A stretch of DNA of 40,292 nt from Octopus bimaculoides (taxonomy: Eukaryota): positions 68,998,313 to 69,038,604 of the forward strand of contig NC_068983.1 in assembly GCF_001194135.2 (NCBI RefSeq). Direction: 5' to 3'. Position numbers and translations under genes: made by a program. A model generated the notes under the pieces. The model saw nothing but the letters and a program-made list of their open reading frames with translations. It did not search any database and was not told the origin of the DNA. Shown here piece after piece: positions 1-9,116 of this stretch (the first letter of the stretch is position 1; every line of letters starts with the position of its first letter).

Positions 1-105
1 GAATTAAGTACCAGTGTAACACTGAGGTCGATATAATCGACTAGTCCCCACCCAACAAATCTGAGGCCTTGTGCCTCCAGTAGAAAGGATTATTATTACT
101 ATTAA
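1..105 (+). mobile_element. SINE family A, 3' part (cut by window start) with (ATT)n tail
   Basis: AAGTACCAGT..CACTGAGGTCGATATAATCGACTAG..GGCCTTGTGCCTCCAGTAGAAAGGATTATTATT matches the reverse complement of the copies at 8872-9076 and 39838-40052. Confidence 0.85.
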
Positions 106-262
106 TAAGGCGGTAAGCTGGCAGAATCGCTAGCACGCCGGTATTTCGTCCGGCTTTACTGTTCTGAGTTCAAATTCCGCCGAGGCCCTGTCGGGGTCGT
201 TAAATTAAGTACTAGTGAAGCACTGGGGTCGAGGTAATTGATTAGTTTCCTCGCCCAAAATT
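106..262 (+). mobile_element. SINE family A, internally deleted copy, head-to-tail with the previous copy
   Basis: Starts TAAGGCGGTAAGCTGGCAGAATCGCTAGC; B-box-like GAGTTCAAATTCC; CACTGGGGTCGA block. Confidence 0.85.
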
Positions 263-263
263 A

Positions 264-295
<32 letters not shown>

Positions 296-323
296 ATAAT
301 AATAATAATAATAATAACAATAA
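264..323. repeat. Compound (ACT)n(AAT)n microsatellite
   Basis: Direct reading. Confidence 0.95.
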
Positions 324-445
324 TTCTCCCTGTTATAGGCAAAAGGCTTGAAGTTTTGGAGGAGAGGGCTAATCAATTATATCGACCCCAGTGCTTGACT
401 GACACTTATTTTTTTGATTCCGCAAGAATGAGAGACAAAATCGTT
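324..445 (-). mobile_element. SINE family A, degraded 3' fragment
   Basis: TATAGGCAAAAGGCTTGAAGTTTTGG..ATCGACCCCAGTGCTTGACTG matches the other minus-strand copies. Confidence 0.75.
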
Positions 446-1112
446 TACGAATTAAGAAGGAAAGGGTTAGAGATGTAATGCAATATATGGAAGGACGTAT
501 TAAGGATTGTAAAGGCACGCGCGCGCGCGCGTGCTTGCACATACAGATGCAAGCATATGAACATATGTATACGCACACATTTTTGCACGGAAATAAATAT
601 AAAACGTTACCATAAAGTACACAATAATCAAAATAAGATACATTGAAAAAATATAAGGCGTGAAAGATTTTCTGGCTATGTTGAGTTGTGTATTCTACCA
701 ACCATTTCTTCAAATGTGTTGGAGTGCAACCGAACAGTAAGCAGTTTCGAAATATTTGGAACTGGAAGACGCCAATATCTTGAGGGCATATTTTTTAAAG
801 TTCTATTAAATGTTTTAACTTTACTTTTAGTAGCAGTGTGTCTTTTGCATTTAGTTTAGAGAGTGAAAGGATACTTGAAGTTTGGACATCTACTCACATA
901 CCTATTTATCCACCCTTAGGCTTAATTACTATCACGATCCATCGTCTTATTTTCTTCATTCTCAATTCCTTTCTAATCTTTCCTTATTTCAATTCTCTCT
1001 CTAACACCCATAACTTCGATTTCTTTCTCATCAATATTTACTCTTCCATTTCCACTAGTTTCTTCGCAATCACTTCCCAGTTTTCACTTAAAACTTTTCT
1101 TACTTTACTAAT

Positions 1113-1495
1113 AGTGGAAGCGCAATGGCCCAGTGGTTAGGGCAGCGGACTCGCGGTCATAAGATGGCGGTTTCGATTCCCAGACAAGGCGTTGTAAGTG
1201 TTTATTGAGCGAAAACACCTAAAGCTCCACGAGGCTCCGGCAGGGGATGGTGGCGAACCCTTCTGTACTCTTTCACCTCAACTTTCTCTCACTCTTACTT
1301 CCTGTTTCTGTTGTGCCTGTAATTCAAAGGGTCAGCCTTGTCACACTGTGTCACGCTGAATATCCCCGAGAACTACGTTAAGGGTACACGTGTCTGTGGA
1401 GAGCTCAGCCACTTGCACTTTAATTTCACGAGCAGGCTGTTCCGTTGATCGGATCAACTGGCACCCTTGGCGTCGTAAGCGACGGAGTGCCAACA
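1113..1495 (+). mobile_element. tRNA-derived SINE family B, full length
   Basis: A box TGGCCCAGTGG (1126-1136), B box GTTTCGATTCC (1170-1180), CAACA tail, 11-bp TSD ACTTTACTAAT (1102-1112 / 1496-1506). Homologous to 4492-4874 and 37320-37702. Confidence 0.93.
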
Positions 1496-1605
1496 ACTTT
1501 ACTAATTATGCCTTGTAAACAGTCATTAGACTGTTTCTGCTTGGACTATTTGAACCAATTATATTCAGTGGACTACGGCTACATATATATTTCATACACC
1601 GTAAT

Positions 1606-1821
1606 ATTGGTTTCAAATTTTCGCTTAAGGCCAGTGATTTGGGAGGAGGGGATAAATCGATTATATCGACTCCGGTGCTTTGCTGGTACTTATTTTATCG
1701 ACCCCGAAAAGATGAAAAGCAAAGTCGGCCTCGGCAGAATTTGCACTCAGAAAGTAAACTGACGAAATGTTGCTAAGCATTTTGTCCAGCGTTCTAACGA
1801 TTCTGGCAGCTCACCGCCTTA
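1606..1821 (-). mobile_element. SINE family A, near full length
   Basis: Reverse complement begins TAAGGCGGTGAGCTGCCAGAATCGTTAG; central TTTTCATCTTTTCGGGGTCGATAAAATAAGTACCAG. Confidence 0.88.
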
Positions 1822-2359
1822 TATGCACCGTAATATTGCTTCCATGATTTCTCCTACCCTTCCTTGTTTTTACTCTACACTCTCCAACCAAACCTCCTTA
1901 TATATTTCCATAACAAGAACTCATGAAACGAATCAAAATAATAACACCATAAGGGTTAATATTACATTTATACCAGCAATCATTTTTTTTTTATTACTTC
2001 ATGGGTCATTAGACTTTATAATTATCTAATCGCTTAATTCTCTCACTGTCTTTTCACAAGTGTTGAAAAATCGATCTAATCGATGGTATTTCCCCTTCAT
2101 ACATTATGTGATATTTAGTACCACGATACTGAGAAAACAGCTCACGCTATTGTTCCAAATAATATGATAAGTAAAGCCAACGATTATAAATACATGCCGG
2201 CCTCGTTTGCTCTCAAAGCAATGTATGTTATTTATTTAATCGTCCATGTTAATTTAGTCCTTCAATACATTCCTCTAATACTAATATATATCGCCAAACA
2301 CTATCCCACTGAATGACAAAAGTTACTTTACCCGAACTAACAAGAAGTGTCGTATTATT

Positions 2360-2690
2360 TGTGTTGTGTCGATACCCCCTGGCGAAGAAGTAGGATCTCC
2401 CAAGACATATAAATAGAGGTAGTCTGGCCGTGGTAGGTGTGTTGAGTAGCAGTCGAGTAGCAGTTGAGTAGCAGTCGAGTAGCAGCTGTGTAGCGGTTGA
2501 GTAAAGATCATCCGAAGGTGCGAGATAGCAGTAGTTTGAGACATAACAAGTTGTTTAAAGCGTTCACAGCAACCCCACCCACATCTTATGACTCCACGGT
2601 ATCGATGTTTCACTATAGAGGAACCTTTACTCCAGGTAGAACCTAGTGAACGAAATACCGGATTAATTCTTCTTTAACTCCACCACATCA
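2360..2690. mobile_element. Possible solo LTR / unclassified repeat
   Basis: TG-start (TGTTGTG) and CA-end (CACCACA) are imperfectly complementary; TATAAATAG at 2408-2416; four 11-bp repeats T(T/C)GAGTAGCAG at 2442-2485. No TSD or second copy found. Confidence 0.25.
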
Positions 2691-2977
2691 ATCCGCTTCA
2701 AGGAAAAATATGCATAGACTGAGCTCGCTTAGTTTGTTAAATATATTATTCGACCACTTCCAGCCTCAAACTACATCGATAATGTGAACCTCTCCTAATG
2801 TGTATATGTTTGAGAGTGTACTACTCTGGATCTCTCAATGTTGACTCTTATAACGAAATACCGGCTTCACACAACTCTCATCACTAGGATTAACATATCT
2901 AGAACTGAACACCGGAAGTTTGTTTACGCATGTTTCCACCGCTTCCGGTCTCACTCTATATCAATACTATGGGCCCG

Positions 2978-3050
<73 letters not shown>

Positions 3051-3116
3051 GTCTGTCTGTCTGCCTGTCTGTCTGTCCGTCCGTCCGTCCGTCCGTCCGT
3101 CTGTCCGTCTGTCTGC

Positions 3117-3152
<36 letters not shown>

Positions 3153-3277
3153 GCATTTATGTATATATGGTATGGTATTATGCATGTGTGTATGTATGTA
3201 TGTATGTATGTATGTATGCATGCATGCATGCATGTATTATGTATGTATGTATGTATGTATGTATGTATGTATGTGTG
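2978..3277. repeat. Compound tetranucleotide microsatellite (ATCT/GTCT/GTCC/ATCT/ATGT)
   Basis: Direct reading; it explains the overlapping YLSI/CMYV ORFs. Confidence 0.95.
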
Positions 3278-3295
3278 TAAGGTATTTCATTACAG

Positions 3296-3735
3296 TTTCA
3301 ATGCAAAGTCTGTTAAAAAAACCTGCAAGTCGTGTGGAAGATTGAAGCAGTACTTGAATATACATAATAAACAAGGGGAAAATGGAGCCAAGGCTGAATT
3401 GAGACATTGCTGCAATATATGTAATCAGCCCTTCAAACGCTTTTCAGACCTCTAGGAAAGAGCAGTTATAGGTAGAAGAAGAGATCAAACTCTACATGGA
3501 ACAGACAGCCTTTATGTATGCATGTATGTATGTATTATGTATGTATGTATGTATATATGTACGTATATATGTATGTATGTAAGTATAGGAAGAGATAAGG
3601 GGAGAGAGCAGTGTAGGCATGGTGTATCGGGTATGGCTACATAAAAAATACATTTGTAGTGTAATGACTTTATTGCAGGCATTGGAAACTTCAGGAACCC
3701 TCAATGATTCACAGTGAAACAATGCCTATAAATAT
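3296..3735 (+). pseudogene. Degenerate C2H2 zinc-finger array (2-3 fingers)
   Basis: Removing 1 nt at 3314-3321 gives FQCKVCKKT(C)KSCGRLKQ(Y)LNIH, i.e. C-x2-C-x12-H-x3-H spacing, with single-base changes TTC>TGC and CAC>TAC at the conserved F and H. Next is [16 protein letters not shown] (C-x2-C-x3-F-x5-L). A third remnant reads YICSV...LQE(P)SMIHSETMP at 3649-3727. Confidence 0.6.
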
Positions 3736-3815
3736 ATAAATATATATAAATATATAAATATATATAAATATATAAATATATATAAATATATAGATATTCT
3801 TGGGTGCATATGTAT

Positions 3816-3904
<89 letters not shown>

Positions 3905-3910
3905 TGTGTA
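3726..3910. repeat. TATAAATA(TA) minisatellite followed by (GT)n
   Basis: Direct reading. Confidence 0.9.
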
Positions 3911-4491
3911 TGTGCGTGCGTGTGAGGAAACTCTGGACAGACTCAATGAAGTTCGCTTATGCCTAAACACTCCTTGGCGTTGTTACTGCTGAAATACGTA
4001 CATATATACATAAATACATACATATATACATACGTACGTACGTAAATACATACATACATGCATACATACATATGTATTCATATATAATATTTGATAAATT
4101 TCATAAATATATCTAACATAAATCTGCAACCAGCATATATGCTGAAAGTGTCAAATAACAGTTGATGAAAACAAAATATATCAGTGTATACCAGCTATGA
4201 GATTGTAGAGGGAAAATATTTTGAAATTGCAAGAAGTATGAGACTAGAAAAATTGCTTACGTTGTATGAGGCACAAAAGATTGTGAGATAAGAGATAAGG
4301 TATAGATTATCAGGGAACGGAAAGAAAAGTAAACATATTAGAAGAAGCAAGAATACATGTATGCAAGAATTTGCACGTGTACGTATGTATACGTAAGTGT
4401 GTGCAATTATATATGAACGTATGTTTAACTTTCTGCTAAAAAAATAATGAACTATGCAGAGTTACTCAACTGTTCCTTTACCATTAATATA

Positions 4492-4874
4492 TTGTTGGCA
4501 CTCTGTCGCTTACGACGTCGAGGGTTCCAGTTGATCCGATCAACGGAACAGCCTGCTCGTGAAATTAACGTGCAAGTGGCTGAGCACTCCACAGACACGT
4601 GTACCCTTATCGTAGTTCTCGGGGATATTCAGCGTGACACAGTGTGACAAGGCTGGCCCTTTGAATTACAGGCACAACAGAAACAGGAAGTAAGAGTGAG
4701 AGAAAGTTGTGGTGAAAGAGTACAGCAGGGTTCGCCACCATCCTCTGCCGGAGCCTCGTGGAGTTTTAGGTGTTTTCACTCAATAAACACTCACAACGCC
4801 CGGTCTGGGAATCGAAACTGCGATCCTATGACCGCGAGTCCGCTGCCCTAACCACTGGGCCATTGCGCCTCCAC
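4492..4874 (-). mobile_element. tRNA-derived SINE family B, full length, young
   Basis: Reverse complement of 1113-1495 with few differences; perfect 17-bp TSD CCTTTACCATTAATATA (4475-4491 / 4875-4891). Confidence 0.95.
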
Positions 4875-4934
4875 CCTTTACCATTAATATAAGACGATTG
4901 ACAAACAAAGTAAATGGATTGCTGGGGAGCTTTT

Positions 4935-5140
4935 TTATGCAAGTCTCATTTGTCCCTCATCTCCCCCTTCAATCTTTCCATCACAGTCTTCAGCCACCTT
5001 CCCATTGCATTCATTTAACCTCCGACACCAGTGCTATCGTTGACTTCCACGGCTCTAGGATTCCAAGGTATACGAACCACCACAGCCTGGTTTTTCATTT
5101 TGCTAACCGCCCGACTACTCCGAGAACTAGCTATATTTGG
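4935..5140 (-). mobile_element. Possible degraded RTE-like LINE C-terminal fragment
   Basis: Minus strand reads VLGVVGRLAK*KTRLWWFVYL...EVK*MQWEGG*RL*WKD, loosely like the RTE RLRWFGHV...GRPR..W.D pattern; many stops. Confidence 0.3.
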
Positions 5141-5574
5141 GCAATAGAACAAAATTACTATTATGCATCTTTATTCTTGTAATTCCTCAATTTCAAATTC
5201 AAATGTCTAAGCCCACCACATGTAGTGAAGGGAATATCTCCTTTCTATTGACTGCCATTACTAGAAGTAACCACGTGTACCCACGTATTCCCACAAAAGA
5301 TATTACTGTATCATCACCTATCACAAAACTCATTGCATACGGATATGCGTATTAAACATCTCACTGACATCTCAGATATTTGTATTAAGTTCATTGTTAT
5401 AAACGTATGCATAACTATACCTACAACTTATGTACAACTGTGTTTTCAGTAATCCGGTATTTTATTTTTAGTGATGGCTCCTCTCAGTAATAATAATGAT
5501 AACTAGAAAAGCACTCGGAGAGCGCAGACTTCCGCCAAACCAGCAGTAGCAGCACTACGACGACGACGACGATG

Positions 5575-8500
5575 AATGTATTTCAATCCTACACGCTTAT
5601 TTCACAGCAGTGCTCTACCCACAGAAAGGAAACATAACAACATATACATATAAAATCTGGAAGCAAAATAACCAAGATAAAGATTTGGATAATGATGGGT
5701 AACATGCAAAACACCAAAACACCACAGACAAAAATATCAACGGGAAGGAATGCGGAACAGATCTAAGACTTGGAAACCTTGAAGACGAAATCAATGATTA
5801 TGATACTCTAGAAATGTGTATAATTAAAGAACTAAAAGCCACAGATCTCAGTATAGACCACCGATTGTACTTCCAAAAAATTAAAGTTGATAATAAGACA
5901 ACATCAATAATAAATAGTATGAACCTGGCCGTCACAGAAACAAATGTTAATATGACCAGGTTAAATGATACAATATATGCAGCAGCCTCTGTGGCCACAA
6001 AAAAGCTGGATACTCCTCCAAACCCATCTAAAAAGGAGTATCACCACCCAAACAAACTCCATGGATAAATAATATACAGAAAAAAATCGAAAATGAAAGA
6101 AAATGTCAATCCTTAACGAAATTAGTAGACAAACAGCACTACTAAGCAACAAGAAGAGAAGTAAAATACTACGGAAACACAAAATTACAGAACAAGGTAT
6201 ACCTGAGGTAAAAGGACATCTAAAGCAAGATATCCTCGCCAGAGCATAAAGAATCCATCAATATGAGGAACGCCAACGTTTCTTTGAAAAAAAAACAAAA
6301 AAAAAAACACAGTTCAGCTTCAACCCCAAAAGATTCTACCAAGAACTTGGCAAAAATAAAATAGAGATCAATGCAACACCAACGGTAGAAGTGGAAGAAT
6401 TTTGGAAAGAGATATGGTCGTCGAAGGAACAATCACAGAAAAGATCTATCAAAACAACGAACTCAGCACCTGAACAACTCTGGTCTCCTATAACAACAGA
6501 ATAGGTCATCAACGCACTGCAAAAACTAAGCAACTGGGTACGACAAGATCCCCAATTTCTGGTGAAAATATCTTACAGAAATACATAAAACGCTGGCTGA
6601 GAAATTTAATGAGATACTAGAAGAACCAGAGACAATGTCTGAATGGCTCACGGAAGGGAAAACTATCCTAATTCCCAAGTTCACTGAAACGGCAAACCCA
6701 CAAAACTACAGACAGATAACTTGTCTCCCTACAATTTACAAAGCCTTTACTGCAATAATATCACAGAGAATAGATAAACATCTGGAAGAAGACAACCTGT
6801 TTCCGGAAGAGGAGTAAGGATACTGCAAGGGCTCACACGGCTGTAAAGATCAACTAATGATCAATAAAGCCATAACAGAAAACAGCCGAAGAAAGAAGAA
6901 GGGTCTAAGTATGTCTTGGATCGATTATCGAAAGGTTGTTGATAGTAACCTAGAAACACTAGCCATGAACAAGGTAGCACCAATAATCATAAAATATATA
7001 AAACATTCCATGGATAAATGGCAAACAGTACTACAGCTCCAAATAAAAGAGGGATTCATAGAGACCAAAACCATCCCCATTAGAAGAGGAATATTCCAGG
7101 GATACATGCTATCTCCACTCCTTTTCTGCTTGGCACTGACACCTTTAGCTGACATGCCAAGCAGAACTTGTATATGGATGACCTAAAACTGTATGCTACA
7201 AATGGTAAACAGCTGGAAACATTACCACAAACTACATGAATTTACTAAAGAAATAAACATGAAATTTGGTTTAGAAAAATGTGCCAAAGCGACCTTCAAA
7301 AGAAGAAAGCTAGTTAAGAGTAACAACATCACATTAGATAAAGTAAATGAAATAAGAGAATTAGACCAAAGCCAGACATACAAATACTTAGGAATCAATG
7401 AGCTAGATACGATACAACACACAAAAATGAAAGAAGATAAGAAAGAAATACTATAGACGAGTTAGATTAATACTGAAAACAGAGCTCAATGCGAAAATCA
7501 AGATAATAGGCATCAACACTCTAACCCTCCCAGTTATAGAATTACAGCTACAATATTCTTAACTGGACTTTAAATAAACTAATCAAAATAGACAGGAAAA
7601 CAAGAAAAATAATAACAAAATTTAGGATGCACCATCCAAAGTTTGACAGAAAAGTTATATGCACAATGTATTGAAGGTGGTAGAGGAAATCCAAACTAAA
7701 ACTGGAATAACAGTGTATCATGATAAAACGATATGGGGTTAAGCTAAACAGAAAAGAAATAGATAAAGCAAAATCCCAACAATGGTTGAGAAGCTCAGGA
7801 TTCAAAGCAGAGACGGATGGATTTTTAATAGCAGCACATCTGGGATTTTCCTGTCAACACTGACAGAACGATCCAGGCTAATCGACCAGACATAATTATT
7901 AAAAACAGGGAAGAAAATACTTGTACACTAATAGATGTAAGTCTTCCTACTGATAAAAATATATCTGTCAAGGAATTTGACAAACTAAGTAAATATAAGG
8001 ACCTGGAAATTGAAATACAAAAGATGCTTTAAATTGAGGAGCGATGGAGCCAGAAGCCTCTGCATGGACAGTGTTTACCTCGAAGTCAAAATGCTGATGT
8101 AGATCAAGCAACAACCCATCAGTGGCTGAGAAGTTCAGGACTGAATGCAGAGACTGAAGGTTTCATATTGGCGGTACAAGACCAAAGCTTGCTCACAAAA
8201 AACTACCCGGCTAACGTTCTCCAAAACGGATCTGATCCTAAATGCAGATTCTGCAACACATCTAAAACGAGAACTTTTCCTGTTATCGTAAGTGCCCTAG
8301 GTATGATAAAAAAAAAGGGATGTCAGAAATATCTAGATAAGATTCCAGGAGAACCATGTCTCAGAGAAATCCAAAAGATCGTGCTGACAAGCACTGCCCA
8401 CATCTTCAAAAAACCCCTATCCATTTAAAAGTGTGTTGTATTACATGAAAATATTTCGCTACCTCCCCTCCCCAAGCTTTCAGCCATATTGTAGCATCTC

Positions 8501-8587
8501 TTATCCTTCACTCGCCCCAGGACGCTGGGTGTATCTCGACCAGTGACTGTAACAAAGATGCCGATTACAAGTAATAATAATAATAAT
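5575..8587 (+). mobile_element. R4/Dong-like non-LTR retrotransposon (RT + REL endonuclease), near full length, disrupted
   Basis: RT motifs WLTEGKTILIPK, NYRQITCLPTIYK, GCKDQLMINK, SWIDYRK, RRGIFQG..LSPLLF, YMDDLKL, KFGLEKCA, YKYLG. REL motif IWDFPVNTDRTIQANRPDIII..LIDVSLP..KYKDLEIEIQKM (7838-8026). C-terminus PVIVSALG..IQKIVLTSTAHI. (TAA)5 tail at 8572-8587. Many stops and frameshifts. Confidence 0.92.
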
Positions 8588-8863
8588 ACGACTATGAAAA
8601 ACGAAGAAGGTGAATGTAGTACCAATTAAAATTATTGTTGGGTCCGTGAGGACAGTATCAGAAGGCATCAAGAAGAATATAAAGGAAATCGGAATAGAGT
8701 GCCTACAAAAGGTTTGCCTCCTTAACATGGCCAGAATAATCAGGAAGGTATTCGATAGTTGAAAGGAAAATATAGCATGGTACCGTAGGTTGCAGGCAAC
8801 AGGCCTGCTGCGCATGCAAGACTTCAGGAGTTCCAACAAATCCCAAGATAAAAAGAAGAAAAA
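8588..8863 (+). mobile_element. Second R4/Dong-like LINE, 5'-truncated 3' end of a different family
   Basis: RL*KTKKVNVVPIKIIVGSVRTVSEGIKKNIKEIGIECLQKVCLLNMARIIRKVFDS* followed by a distinct 3' UTR and TAATAAT. Confidence 0.8.
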
Positions 8864-8871
8864 ATAATAAT

Positions 8872-9076
8872 CCTTTCTACTATAGGCATAAGGCCCGAAA
8901 CTGTGGAATGAGATAGTCGACTATATCGACCCCAATACTCAACTGGTTCTTATTTTATCGACCCTGAAATGAAGAAAGGCAAAGTCGACCTCGGCTGAAT
9001 TTGAACTTAGAACGTGAAGACAGACGAAATGCTTCTAAGCATTTTGCCTGGCATGCTAACGATTCTCGCCATCTTA
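8872..9076 (-). mobile_element. SINE family A
   Basis: CCTTTCTACTATAGGCATAAGGCC...GGCAAAGTCGACCTCGGCTGAATTTGAACTTAGAAC; TAA repeats on both sides. Confidence 0.9.
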
Positions 9077-9085
9077 CTAATAATA

Positions 9086-9114
<29 letters not shown>

Positions 9115-9116
<2 letters not shown>

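Noticed and set aside
1116-1190. tRNA gene (also the heads at 4800-4874, 25600-25673, 34626-34700)
   Set aside because: A and B boxes are present, but there is no complete acceptor stem and each continues into a multi-copy SINE body.
5511-5540. ACTAGAAAAGCACTCGGAGAGCGCAGACTTCCGCCAA, reminiscent of a non-autonomous DNA-element terminus
   Set aside because: Only about 35 bp, recognised from memory, with no second end or copy in the window; it cannot be classified.
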